A stretch of 64,000 nt of DNA from an uncultured Gemmatimonadales bacterium (GTDB taxonomy: Bacteria > Gemmatimonadota > Gemmatimonadetes > Longimicrobiales > Gaopeijiaceae): assembly GCA_963809895.1 (NCBI GenBank), contig CAWELD010000003.1, positions 2,272,001 to 2,336,000 of the forward strand, in the 5' to 3' direction. A program made the translations under genes and the position numbers. Below, piece after piece: positions 20,280-29,805 of the stretch. Position 1 is the first letter of the stretch; the number at the start of each line of letters is the position of its first letter. The notes under the pieces were generated by a model that was not told the origin of the DNA, searched no databases, and worked only from the letters and a program-made list of their open reading frames with translations.

Positions 20280-22136
20280 TCAGTCGCGTTCCACCAGGAC
20301 CGTGCGAGCCTCGTTGCGGGGCTCGTAGAAACGGTCGATGAGACGTTCGAAGCGCTCCTGCACCACCCTGCGCTTCACCTTCTGCGTGGGGGTGAGCGTA
20401 CCATTCTCGATGGTGAACTCCTCGGTCAGGAGCGCGAGCTTCTTGGGCCGCTCGTACCCCGAAAGGGGGCCGAGATGGTCCATGATCTCGTGCTCCATGA
20501 GGGCCTGGACCCTGGGCTCGTGGAGAAGCGCGTGCCGATCGGAAGCGACGATCCCCTGCCCCTTCGCCCAGCTCTCCAGCGCCCCGAACTCCGGCACCAC
20601 CAGGAGCGCCGGGAACTTGCGCTTGTCTCCCACCATCACCACCTGGTCCACGTAGGTATTGGAAAGGAGGCGATTCTCGATGGGCTGCGGCGCGATGTTC
20701 TTCCCACCCGCCGTGACGATCAGGTCCTTCTTGCGGTCGGTGATGCACAGGCAGCCGTCTTCGGCGATCTCGCCCACGTCACCGGTATGGAACCAACCCT
20801 CGTCGTCGATGACCTTGTCCGTCTGTTCCGGACGGTTGAAATAGCCCTTCATGACCTGGGGTCCCCGCACCAGGATCTCGCCGTCCTCCGCAATGCGGAT
20901 CTCCGTTCCGGCGACCACGGGTCCCACGGTCCCGATGTGAACGTGCTCCTCACGGTTCACGTTGGTGACCGGGCTGGTCTCCGTGAGGCCGTAGCCCTCG
21001 AGGATGACCAGTCCCACCGAATAGAAGAAGCGGTTGATGGCCGGCGACAGCGGGGCGCCGCCGCTGACGAAGAACCGGATGCGGCCTCCCACGCCCTCAC
21101 GAATCTGGCGGAAAACGATGCGGTCGGCCAGCGCGTACTGCGCCCGTACCAGCGCCGACGGCTCCCGGCCGCCGAGGCGGGCCTCGGCCCAGCGATCCGC
21201 CACGCGACGCGCCCATGCCACGATCCAGGCCTTCACGCCGCCCACTTCCCTGACCCGGGCGTAGACCTTCTCGTACAGGCGGGGCACGGACACGACGATG
21301 GTGGGCCGGATCACCAGCAGGTCTTCGGCCACCGTGTGGATGTCGTGTCCGTAGGCGACGGTGCAGCCCCGGGAGAGCAGCAGGTAGTCCACCATGCGCT
21401 GGAGCACGTGGCTCAGCGGCAGGAAGGAGAGCGTGACGTCGGCCGGACTCACGCTCAGCGCCTGGCCCGCCTGCCACACGTTGGCGTGCAGGTTGTCGTG
21501 GGTCAGCATGACGCCCTTGGGGTCACCGGTGGTCCCGGAGGTATAGAGAATCGTGGCCACGTCGCCGGGCTGGATCTCGCCGGCCCGGGCACGAAAGGCC
21601 TCCATGGGCCCCGAGCCCACCGCCTCGCGTCCGCGGGCCACAAGCTCCTTCCAGGTCAGGTCGGCCACGCCGTCGGTATCGTCGTCGAAGCCCACCAGGG
21701 TCACGTCCTGATCGACCAGGTCCGCCGCCTTGCGGGCCTTCTCGACCTCGCCGCGGGTGGATGCGAAGACGAGGCGGGCTCCGGAATCCCGCAACATGTA
21801 GGCGACCTGCTCGGGAATCAGCGTGCTGTAGACGGGCACGTCGATCACACCGGACAGCAGGCAGGCGTAATCCGCCAGCGACCACTCCGGACGGTTCTCC
21901 GACAGGATGGCGACCCGATCACCGGGTGAGATGCCCAGGGTCGTGAGGCCGTGGGCCACTTCGCGGGCCCGGATCAGGGCCTCGGCATACGAGATGTCGC
22001 GGGTCTGCTCGCCCTGGTCCACGAAGTAGCGGAAGGCAGGCGCGTCCTGGAAGCGGTCCACGGCGTCCAGAAACAGACCGCACAGCGTTCCACGGGGGAC
22101 CTCGACCTCGTTGGCCACGTAGGTGCGCTTTTCCAT
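20280..22136 (-). CDS. Long-chain fatty acid-CoA ligase
   Basis: YTSGTTGDPKG, EGYGLTE, FHTGDVG and ITDRKKD motifs. Start MEKRTY at 22136. Confidence 0.92.
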   Translation of the reverse strand: MEKRTYVANEVEVPRGTLCGLFLDAVDRFQDAPAFRYFVDQGEQTRDISYAEALIRAREVAHGLTTLGISPGDRVAILSENRPEWSLADYACLLSGVIDVPVYSTLIPEQVAYMLRDSGARLVFASTRGEVEKARKAADLVDQDVTLVGFDDDTDGVADLTWKELVARGREAVGSGPMEAFRARAGEIQPGDVATILYTSGTTGDPKGVMLTHDNLHANVWQAGQALSVSPADVTLSFLPLSHVLQRMVDYLLLSRGCTVAYGHDIHTVAEDLLVIRPTIVVSVPRLYEKVYARVREVGGVKAWIVAWARRVADRWAEARLGGREPSALVRAQYALADRIVFRQIREGVGGRIRFFVSGGAPLSPAINRFFYSVGLVILEGYGLTETSPVTNVNREEHVHIGTVGPVVAGTEIRIAEDGEILVRGPQVMKGYFNRPEQTDKVIDDEGWFHTGDVGEIAEDGCLCITDRKKDLIVTAGGKNIAPQPIENRLLSNTYVDQVVMVGDKRKFPALLVVPEFGALESWAKGQGIVASDRHALLHEPRVQALMEHEIMDHLGPLSGYERPKKLALLTEEFTIENGTLTPTQKVKRRVVQERFERLIDRFYEPRNEARTVLVERD

Positions 22137-22170
22137 GGAGGTCTCCCGTCGGCACGGAGGGCCGGTCCGA

Positions 22171-22581
22171 TCACATGCGACGGATCCGGATCTCCACGTC
22201 CAGGTCGGTTCGCAGCGTGTGGAGAACGCTGCAGTACTTGTCACGAGACAGCGCCACGGCCCGCTCCAGACGCGTCTGGTGCTCCTCGCCGGGACCCCGC
22301 ACGCGATACTCCAGCCGCAGCGCGGTGTACCGGCGCGGCGACGTATCGGGGCGGTCGCCGTCCACCACCACCTCCAGCTCCTCCACCGGCACGCGGGCCT
22401 TCTGGAGGATCAGCACCACGTCGATCCCCATGCACCCGGCCAGGGAGATGAGCAGGAAGTCCATGGGAGACGGTGCGGCGCCGCCTTTCCCGTCCAACAG
22501 AACGCTGGGACCACCCTCGGGTCCGCCACGGAACTGCTCGCCCTCGCCGGTCCACCGGAGCAGGACCCGCTTAGATGCCAA
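22171..22581 (-). CDS. OsmC/YhfA family protein
   Basis: SPMDFLLISLAGCMGID and LSRDKYCSV; TTG start after GAGGAGG. Confidence 0.85.
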   Translation of the reverse strand: MASKRVLLRWTGEGEQFRGGPEGGPSVLLDGKGGAAPSPMDFLLISLAGCMGIDVVLILQKARVPVEELEVVVDGDRPDTSPRRYTALRLEYRVRGPGEEHQTRLERAVALSRDKYCSVLHTLRTDLDVEIRIRRM

Positions 22582-23035
22582 GGGAGCCCTCCTCCTCGTC
22601 TTCGGCACCGGCCGGCGCGCCGCCCTCGCCGGTGATCTCCGCCAATGTCGCGCGGGCGTGCTCCACGTGCTCGCCCGCCGCCGGGTCCCGGGGCGCGTGG
22701 GCCAGGAACGCCCTCAGATGACGCACGGCCTGCTCCTGCTCACCTCCGTGCAGATAGAGGAAGGCGAGGCCGTAGTGCGCGCCCGGCGCGTCGGGATCGC
22801 TCCGCAGGACGTGCCGATAGGTCTTGGCGGCCTCTTCGGTCATGCCGATACGGGTGTAGGCGATGGCGATCTGCTGAAGCACCACCGGATCCCCGGGGGA
22901 CTCCTTGAGAGCCAACCGGAACGACGTCAGCGCCTCGTGGAACTTGCCGTCCGTGAGGAGCTCCAGCCCCTCCTCGTAGTAATCCACTCGGTGCTGGTCG
23001 CCCGAGCTTCCGAAGAGCTTGTTCCACCAGGACAT
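22571..23035 (-). CDS. Tetratricopeptide repeat protein
   Basis: YYEEGLELL..GKFHEAL, QIAIAYTRIG, AHYGLAFLYL. Confidence 0.8.
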   Translation of the reverse strand: MSWWNKLFGSSGDQHRVDYYEEGLELLTDGKFHEALTSFRLALKESPGDPVVLQQIAIAYTRIGMTEEAAKTYRHVLRSDPDAPGAHYGLAFLYLHGGEQEQAVRHLRAFLAHAPRDPAAGEHVEHARATLAEITGEGGAPAGAEDEEEGSLGI

Positions 23036-23147
23036 GGGCGCGGGGGGATCCGTGGCGTGGGAGGAGCGGTCCGGACCCGGGCGAGCCCCGGGTCGGGGGT
23101 GGCATCAACCTAACCGGGGCCTCGTAAGCGCGGCAACGCAGGGGCGT

Positions 23148-23774
23148 TCAGCGTGCCGCCACCAGGATCCCCGGGCCCGCCACCGTCTCGGGCAGACCCA
23201 CCGCGGCCAACCGGTCCGCGAGATCGGGCTCGGGATCGAGCACCACCACGCGGTGGCGGGGGGCCAGGATGCGGGCCGCCTCGGCAAGGACCTCGTCGGG
23301 CGGCCCGCCGTGGAGGACCACGCCGCGGATCACGCCGTCGAAGAAGGGCAGGCCCGGAGCGGCGGTCATGCGGTTGATACGGGGAGCCTCCGGCCAGGCT
23401 CGCGTGCGTGCGTCCAGGGCCACCAGCTCCACCTCGGCCAGCGCCTTGCTGAGCGGCAGGGCCACACCGACCGCCTCGCCCACCAGGACGGTGACCCCGG
23501 CGCCCTCGGCCGCCCCCAGCGCCGCCGCCACCGCGGCGACGGTGTCGGCCCCGACGGGAGCGGGATCGGCTGCCACCTCCGGCTCCAGCGCCGCGCGCGG
23601 CGGGGCGCGCAGGTCGCCGAACCCCTCACGGACCGGGAAGCGGTCACGACAGTTCGGGCACCCCAGCGCTCCCTCCAGCACCCGGCGCTCCTCCATGCGG
23701 TCGGCCAGCAGGATCAGGCCGAAACGGGGGCCGCAGCGGGGGCAGGTGAGGCGGTCCGTGAGGAGGATGTGCAC
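23148..23774 (-). CDS. Trm112-like Zn-finger fused to a degenerate methyltransferase-like domain
   Basis: LTCPRC...LGCPNCRDRFPVREG; C-terminal LVALD, LPFFDG and EAARILAP. Confidence 0.7.
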   Translation of the reverse strand: MHILLTDRLTCPRCGPRFGLILLADRMEERRVLEGALGCPNCRDRFPVREGFGDLRAPPRAALEPEVAADPAPVGADTVAAVAAALGAAEGAGVTVLVGEAVGVALPLSKALAEVELVALDARTRAWPEAPRINRMTAAPGLPFFDGVIRGVVLHGGPPDEVLAEAARILAPRHRVVVLDPEPDLADRLAAVGLPETVAGPGILVAAR

Positions 23775-23780
23775 GCCGTG

Positions 23781-24203
23781 TCAGGCCCCTTCCTGCATGG
23801 AGGGCGCCCGGTGGGCGGGTACCGTCACCGGGCGTTCGCTGTACTGCGCCCACTGCATGGGCGTCTCCCAGACGCGGGTGTACAGGAGACCGTCGGCCAA
23901 CGTCGGGGGCAGGCGCTTCTTGAGCTCGTCGAAGAACCAGCGAGCCTGGTTTTCGGCGCTGGTCTCCACGGACTCGAACGCCGGAAGATCGTTCAGGTTG
24001 TAGTGGTCCAGCTCTTCGGCCAGCGCCCTGAGCTCCCGCTTCAGGTCCACGAAGTCGTAGGCGATGCCGGACTCGTCCAGCTCCTCGGCCTGGAGCGCCG
24101 CCTCCACCACGTAGCGGTGACCGTGCAGACGCTCGCACTTGCCCTTGTAGTGGCGCAGGAAGTGGGCGGCGTCGTAGTGGGCCTGAACACTGACGGTGTA
24201 CAT
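23781..24203 (-). CDS. queD: 6-carboxytetrahydropterin synthase (COG0720, PTPS-I/III motif)
   Basis: YDAAHFL, CERLHGH, LDHYNLN, SAEN and VWET motifs. Confidence 0.85.
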   Translation of the reverse strand: MYTVSVQAHYDAAHFLRHYKGKCERLHGHRYVVEAALQAEELDESGIAYDFVDLKRELRALAEELDHYNLNDLPAFESVETSAENQARWFFDELKKRLPPTLADGLLYTRVWETPMQWAQYSERPVTVPAHRAPSMQEGA

Positions 24204-24209
24204 GAAGGA

Positions 24210-24941
24210 CTACCCTCGCTCGATCTGCAGAAGGGGGATGCGCACGTGGAGGGGGCGCGTGAGCACGAACTCGACGGCGTCGGCCACGTCGTCGGGCCGG
24301 AGCATGGCGTCACGGTCCGGAAGGCCCGGGACCCGCGCGGCATCCACGGCGTCCCACAGCGGCGTGTCGGTGGCGGCGGGCTCGATGAGCGTCGCACCGA
24401 CGCCGGTTCCGCGAAGCTCCTCCACCAGGACCTCGTGGAGGCCGCGGAGCCCGAACTTGGAGGCGGCATAGGCGGCATTGCCGGGCAGGGCGCGCCGGCC
24501 CGCCACCGACCCCAGATTCACGATCCGCCCACGGTTCCGTTCCAGGAGGGCCGGCAGCAGCGTCCGCACGACCAGGAAGCTCCCTCTGAGGTTCACGGCG
24601 ATCTGGCGATCGAAGTCGGCCACCGAGGTCTCGGCGAAGGGAGCCAGGGAGAAGGCGCCCGCGGCGTTGACGATCGCGTCGGGCGGACCACCGAGCTGCT
24701 CCTGCAGGCCCTCCACGGCCGCCCACACCTCGGCGTCGTCGGTGAGGTCCGCGGGCCATGGCGCACCCCCCGAGCTCGTGGCGAGGTCCTCGACCGGGGC
24801 CGGGTCGCGGCACAGCACGTGAACGCGCGCCCCACCCTCGGCCAACCGACGGACCACCGCTTCGCCGATCCCCCGGCTCCCGCCGGTGACCAGCACCGTC
24901 CCGCCGCTCAGCTCCACCGGCTGCTTCTCCGGTCCGCGCAC
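24210..24941 (-). CDS. SDR family oxidoreductase within the pterin cluster
   Basis: TGGSRGIG, VNAAG and YAASK motifs. Confidence 0.88.
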   Translation of the reverse strand: MRGPEKQPVELSGGTVLVTGGSRGIGEAVVRRLAEGGARVHVLCRDPAPVEDLATSSGGAPWPADLTDDAEVWAAVEGLQEQLGGPPDAIVNAAGAFSLAPFAETSVADFDRQIAVNLRGSFLVVRTLLPALLERNRGRIVNLGSVAGRRALPGNAAYAASKFGLRGLHEVLVEELRGTGVGATLIEPAATDTPLWDAVDAARVPGLPDRDAMLRPDDVADAVEFVLTRPLHVRIPLLQIERG

Positions 24942-24948
24942 GCGTGTC

Positions 24949-25587
24949 TCACGACAGGGGGTGATGCGTGGCCATGGAGAGCCGCAGGAACTCGTCCCGG
25001 GTCCGGGGATCCTCGAGGAAGGCGCCCCGCATGGCCGACGTGATGGTCTTGGAGTTCTGCTTCTGCACGCCTCGCATCATCATGCACAGATGGTAGGCCT
25101 CCACCACCACGCCCACCCCCTGCGGCTGGATGATGTCCCACAGGGCCTGGGCGATCTGCTCGGTGAGACGCTCCTGGACCTGGAAGCGGCGGCTGAACAC
25201 CTCCACCAGCCGGGCGGTCTTCGAGAGCCCCATGATCTGGCCGTCGGGGATGTAGGCGACGTGCACCTTGCCGAAGAAGGGCAGCAGATGGTGCTCGCAC
25301 AGCGAGTACATCTCGATGTCCTTCACGAGCACCATGTTGTGGTGATGCTCTTCGAAGAGCGCATCGCCGATGACCCTCTCCGGCGACGACTCGTAGCCGT
25401 GCGTGAGAAAGCGCATGGCCTTCTCCACGCGCTCCGGAGTCTTGACCATCCCCTCGCGCTCCGGATCGTCACCCAGACGGCGGATCATCTCGGCCACGAG
25501 GTCGGTGAAGGCCACGCCGGAGAGGTCCGGGCGGGTCGAGCCGGCACCGTGGGCCGTCGTTCCTTTGTTCGTCGTCGTTTCGGGCAC
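24949..25587 (-). CDS. folE: GTP cyclohydrolase I
   Basis: SLCEHHLLPF, GLSK, QVQERLT and HLCMMMRGV; GTG start after GAGGAG. Confidence 0.95.
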   Translation of the reverse strand: MPETTTNKGTTAHGAGSTRPDLSGVAFTDLVAEMIRRLGDDPEREGMVKTPERVEKAMRFLTHGYESSPERVIGDALFEEHHHNMVLVKDIEMYSLCEHHLLPFFGKVHVAYIPDGQIMGLSKTARLVEVFSRRFQVQERLTEQIAQALWDIIQPQGVGVVVEAYHLCMMMRGVQKQNSKTITSAMRGAFLEDPRTRDEFLRLSMATHHPLS

Positions 25588-25613
25588 CTCTATCTCCTCT
25601 ACCGACGGGGAGC

Positions 25614-26030
25614 TCACTCCCCGGAGTATTCCACGTAGTTGCGGGGCGTCTCCCACAGCAGCAAGCGCTCCAGGGCGACCCCGTCCGGCATGCGATCCAC
25701 CAGGCGCTCCCACACGGCCACGACCAGGTTCTCGGTGGTGGGAATACGGCCTCCCATCCAGGGCACCTCGAGGTTGAGGTTGCGGTGGTCCACGTCGTCC
25801 ACCACCTGCTCCTGGACGAGCTCCTTGAGCGCCTTCAGGTCCAGCACGTATCCGGTCTCGTCGTCCACGTCGCCGGACACCGTGACGTCGAGCTCGTAGT
25901 TGTGGCCGTGCCAGTTGGGGTTGGAGCAGGCACCGAAGACGTCGGCGTTGCGCTCGTCGGACCAGTCGGGACGAAAGAGGCGGTGTGCCGCGCTGAAATG
26001 GACTCGGCGGGTGACCCTGACTCGGGGCAT
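25614..26030 (-). CDS. 6-pyruvoyl-tetrahydropterin synthase (COG0720, PTPS-II motif)
   Basis: FSAAHRL, CSNPNWHGHNY (CX5HGH), DHRNLN, TTEN and WETPRN. Confidence 0.88.
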   Translation of the reverse strand: MPRVRVTRRVHFSAAHRLFRPDWSDERNADVFGACSNPNWHGHNYELDVTVSGDVDDETGYVLDLKALKELVQEQVVDDVDHRNLNLEVPWMGGRIPTTENLVVAVWERLVDRMPDGVALERLLLWETPRNYVEYSGE

Positions 26031-26206
26031 GCTGCTCCACTCCTGGAAGGCCGTAGCGGACGCGCCGGACGGCGAGAAGATACCCCGCCCCCGACCGGCT
26101 GCATGCTTACCCACCCTGCTGCAAATCGGTCCCGCCCGAAGCGGAGGAGCCGGCGCCCCCACGGGGACGCCGGCTCCGGACCGCGCACGGTGGTGACGAC
26201 GGCGCC

Positions 26207-29200
26207 TCAGGACACCAGCCGCACCCGGATCTTGGACTCGTCGACGATGATGCGCGGACCGTCGGGGCCGAGCCTTTCGTTGAGCTGACGAATGGTGGTG
26301 TTCCACACCTGCCAGACGGCATCGATGGCCTCCTGGGCTTCGGTGTGGACCTCCCGCAGCCGCAGCATCTGCGGGTCGGTGGGCGGCGCCTCCACCCCCG
26401 AGATGGAGCGCGTCAGCGAGCGAACCTCCTCGCGCACCCGGGGACGTTGCCGGTACCCCATGTTGGGCGGGGGCCTGCGCAGCAGCGAATCGGTCACCTG
26501 CGCCATTTCGGCCCGGGCCCGCGCCACGTCGTCGCGTAGATCCGCGGCGCCCGGCAGCGCCCCGGGCTCGTCGCGGAGCGTCTCGTCGAGGGCGTCGAGC
26601 TGCTGGAGCACGCTCTCGGCCACGCCGACGGCGCCGTCCACCTGTCCCGCGAGCTCGCCCAGCGACGTCACCGCCTCGAACTGCGCGCGGTAGTCCGCGG
26701 CGGTCATCTCCACCCTGGGATCCCCGCGCACCTCCACCGACCGGGACTTCTCCCAGCCCGGCCCCACCAGCGCCACCGTGTACGTGCCCGGAACCGCCGT
26801 GGGTCCACCGCCCCCGAAGAACCCACCGCCGCCGCCCTGTCCGCCGGCCGGATCGTCGTAGCGCAGGTCCCAGGTGACCCGGTTGAGCCCCACCCTGGGC
26901 TCGCGCACCGGGAGCGTACGAACGGTGTCACCGGCCCCGTCGCGGACTTCGACCCGCAGCCCGCCGTCGGGGACCGACGCCAGGTAGAAGTTCACCATGG
27001 CGCCGTAGTCCGGGTTCGGCGCCGCGTACGCGCGCTGGCCCTGGTTGGCGTCGGTTCCGGCCATCTCCCACCGGGTCGCCCGCCGGACCGGAAAGAGATA
27101 GGGAGCCTCGTCCAGCGCACGGGGCAGATCCTGCAGCACCCTGGCGTCGTCCAGGACGTACGCGCCCCGGCCGTGGGTGCCCAGCACCAGATCGTCGTAG
27201 TCCGGCTGCATCTGGATGTCGCGCACCGAGACCGGAGGCAGATCGGCGCCTCGCAGGTCGTGCCAGCTCGAACCCCGGTCGAAGGAGACCTGGAGCCCCC
27301 TCTCCATTCCCACGTAGAGGATGTCCGGGTCGGTGAGGTCCTCGCGGATCACCTTCACGTAGTCGTCCTGGGGCAATCCCTCCGCCAGGCTCCGCCAGGT
27401 CGCGCCGTAGTCGTCGGTGACGAAGGCGCTGGGCGCGAAGTCGTCCATCTGGTGATTGTCGACGGCGATGTAGGCCCGCCCACCCTCGAAATTCGACGCG
27501 TCCACCTTGGCGATCCACGCTTCATCGCGCAGGCCGGCGCGCTTCAGGTTGTCGGTGACGTCGGTCCAGCTCTCGCCGCCGTCGCGGGTCACGTGCACCA
27601 GCCCGTCGTCGCTTCCCGTCCAGATGACGCCGGCCTCCACCGGCGACTCCTCGATGGTCAGGATGGTGGTGTGGAACTCGGCCGCCGTGTTGTCGAGATA
27701 GATCTCCCCGCCGGAATCCAGCTGCTTCTCCGGGTCGTCGGTGGTGAGGTCCGGGCTGATCACGTCCCAGGACTGGCCGAAGTCGGTGCTCCGGAAGACC
27801 ACGTTGCCGCCGAAGTACACGGTGGCGGGATCGTGGGGCGAGATGTGGATGGGCGCGTTCCAGTTGAAGCGGTACTCGTGGTTCACCATGGCGTCTCCCG
27901 CCGACCCCACGATCTTCGGGTACGGATGGATGCGCCGCGCGGCTCCGGTGCGGGTGTCCACCAGGGCGATGTTGCCGCCCTGGGAGTTGGTGTAGACCAG
28001 CCACGGCATGCCGGGCACCGACTGGCTGTAGAAGCCGTCGCCGCCGGAAAGGTTGAACCAATCGTCCTTCAGGATCCCTTCGCTGTGCAGCGAGTTGGAG
28101 GGACCGCACCAGTTGCCGTTGTCCTGCAGCCCGCCGCACACCCAGTACGGATCCCGGTCGTCGACGTCGATCTGGTAGAACTGGGACAGCGTCACGGTGT
28201 TCAGGATGTCGAAGGTCTCCCCTCCGTCCAGCGACACCTGGAATCCCCCGTCACTCCCCGAGAGGTAGCGCTGTGAATCCTGGGGATCGATCCAGAACGA
28301 CTGATGATCGCCGTGCACGTCGCGGGCGATGCGCTGAAAGGTGCGTCCGCCGTCCGTGGACTTCGACAAGCCCCCGGACAGGGTGATCAGCACCTCGGGG
28401 TTGGTGGGGTCCACCCTCAGATCCGAATAGTAGAACGGGCGGAAGTTGATGTCCCTGGAGTCGTTCACCGTGCGCCAACTCTGACCCCGGTCGTCGGAGC
28501 GCCACAGCTGACCCTGGGTGCGCGTCTCGGAGATGAGGTAGACCGTTTCCGGCGCACTCTGGGCCACCGCCACGCCGATGCGGGCCATGGGCTCGGTGGG
28601 CATCCCCGGCCGATGGGCCAGCGACTGCCAGGTCTCCCCCCCGTCGCTGCTACGCCACAGGGCGGTCTCGCCGCCACCGTCGTCGAAGCGCCAGGGCCGG
28701 CGCCGGAAGGTCCACATGCCCGCGTACAGGACGCGCGGGTTGGAGGCTTCGAGGTCCAGGTCGCTGCAGCCGGTGTCCTCGTCCACGTACAGGACCTTGT
28801 CCCAGGTCGCCCCGGCGTCGGTCGTGCGGAAGACCCCGCGTTCCGGGTTGGGTCCCCAGGCGCGGCCCAGGGCGCACACCCACGCGACATCCGGATCGTC
28901 CGGATGCACGCGGATACGCTTGATGCGCTCGGTCCCGTCCAGGCCGAGATAGCTCCAGGTGTCCCCACCGTCGGTGGATCGGTACACCCCGTTGCCGTAG
29001 GAGGAGGAGTTGCGGGGATCCCCCTCGCCGCTCCCGAGCCAGATCACGTTGGGATCGGAGGGTGCCACGGCCAGCGCCCCCACGGAGTAGACCGGCTGGT
29101 CCGTGAAGAGGGCCTCGAAGGTCGTGCCCCCGTTGCGGGTCCGGAACACGCCGCCGTCGGCACCTCCCACGTAGAAGGTGCGCGGGTCGCCCGCCACCCC

Positions 29201-29371
29201 TTCGATGGCGCTCACCCGGCCGCCCATGTTGGTGGGCCCCAGGGGACGCCACTCCAGTTGGGCCAACGCCGTGGACATGGGGTCCCGGGCATCCTGCGCC
29301 AGGACCGGCGGGGGCGAGAAGAACGCCGGAGTGAGGGTCAGGACCAAGAGAAGCCGTCGGGGAATACGCAT
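26207..29371 (-). CDS. Secreted VPS10/sortilin-like BNR-repeat beta-propeller protein
   Basis: Signal peptide, WRPLGP..GGRV, many SxDGGxTW Asp-box repeats, GGLQDNG and GTHGRG. Confidence 0.88.
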   Translation of the reverse strand: MRIPRRLLLVLTLTPAFFSPPPVLAQDARDPMSTALAQLEWRPLGPTNMGGRVSAIEGVAGDPRTFYVGGADGGVFRTRNGGTTFEALFTDQPVYSVGALAVAPSDPNVIWLGSGEGDPRNSSSYGNGVYRSTDGGDTWSYLGLDGTERIKRIRVHPDDPDVAWVCALGRAWGPNPERGVFRTTDAGATWDKVLYVDEDTGCSDLDLEASNPRVLYAGMWTFRRRPWRFDDGGGETALWRSSDGGETWQSLAHRPGMPTEPMARIGVAVAQSAPETVYLISETRTQGQLWRSDDRGQSWRTVNDSRDINFRPFYYSDLRVDPTNPEVLITLSGGLSKSTDGGRTFQRIARDVHGDHQSFWIDPQDSQRYLSGSDGGFQVSLDGGETFDILNTVTLSQFYQIDVDDRDPYWVCGGLQDNGNWCGPSNSLHSEGILKDDWFNLSGGDGFYSQSVPGMPWLVYTNSQGGNIALVDTRTGAARRIHPYPKIVGSAGDAMVNHEYRFNWNAPIHISPHDPATVYFGGNVVFRSTDFGQSWDVISPDLTTDDPEKQLDSGGEIYLDNTAAEFHTTILTIEESPVEAGVIWTGSDDGLVHVTRDGGESWTDVTDNLKRAGLRDEAWIAKVDASNFEGGRAYIAVDNHQMDDFAPSAFVTDDYGATWRSLAEGLPQDDYVKVIREDLTDPDILYVGMERGLQVSFDRGSSWHDLRGADLPPVSVRDIQMQPDYDDLVLGTHGRGAYVLDDARVLQDLPRALDEAPYLFPVRRATRWEMAGTDANQGQRAYAAPNPDYGAMVNFYLASVPDGGLRVEVRDGAGDTVRTLPVREPRVGLNRVTWDLRYDDPAGGQGGGGGFFGGGGPTAVPGTYTVALVGPGWEKSRSVEVRGDPRVEMTAADYRAQFEAVTSLGELAGQVDGAVGVAESVLQQLDALDETLRDEPGALPGAADLRDDVARARAEMAQVTDSLLRRPPPNMGYRQRPRVREEVRSLTRSISGVEAPPTDPQMLRLREVHTEAQEAIDAVWQVWNTTIRQLNERLGPDGPRIIVDESKIRVRLVS

Positions 29372-29484
29372 GACTCGGCTCCGTGCGGGGATTCGCCAGC
29401 GCGCCGTCCCGGGAGGGCGGCGCCGGAACGGAAGCAACGTGCGCCTCTCGAGCCCCGCGGGCAAATCCCGTCCTCACCAGCACG

Positions 29485-29526
29485 AGAAACGGGGCCGGCG
29501 CTCCCTGACGGGTGGCGCCGGCCCCG
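29485..29526 (-). terminator. Intrinsic terminator of the putative 6S RNA
   Basis: 12-bp stem 29490-29501/29515-29526 followed by TTTCT on the minus strand. Confidence 0.7.
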
Positions 29527-29528
29527 AA

Positions 29529-29679
29529 ACGCACCGGAGGGGTTTTATTGAAGCCCGGGCAGTATTGATGGTGACCTCCCCGCAACTTCCGTCTTCCTTC
29601 ATCGAGGCGTGACGTCCATCTCGGGAGTCAGTCCCGGCTTCTCTTGTGTTGGCTCAATAATGATGGCCCTCCGGTACGC
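29529..29679 (-). ncRNA. ssrS: Probable 6S RNA
   Basis: Rod-like self-complementarity (GCGUACCGGAGGG/CCCUCCGGUGCGU; UUAUUGAGCC/GGCUUCAAUAA; UGACUCCCG/CGGGGAGGUCA) around an A-rich bubble, with its own promoter and terminator. Ends approximate. Confidence 0.7.
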
Positions 29680-29684
29680 ACTCC

Positions 29685-29714
29685 AATATACCGGGGGGCA
29701 GGGGGGCGGGTAAA
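29685..29714 (-). promoter_or_regulatory. Sigma70-type promoter of the putative 6S RNA
   Basis: TTTACC-18 bp-TATATT on the minus strand. Confidence 0.6.
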
Positions 29715-29767
29715 GCGATCCCCCACGGATTTCAGGGGTAGCCAGGACGTCGTGTCCGCTCCCGGCG

Positions 29768-29797
29768 TTGACATTTCGCCCGGCGCGCCCCTAGCCT
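29768..29797 (+). promoter_or_regulatory. Sigma70-type promoter of the leader ORF/metal uptake operon
   Basis: TTGACA (29768-29773), 18 bp, TAGCCT (29792-29797); ATG follows 8 nt later. Confidence 0.65.
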
Positions 29798-29805
29798 GGT
29801 CGTTC

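Noticed and set aside
29644..29805. N-terminal extension of the 165-aa ORF
   Set aside because: Overlaps the putative 6S RNA and two promoters; the promoter position points to ATG 29806.
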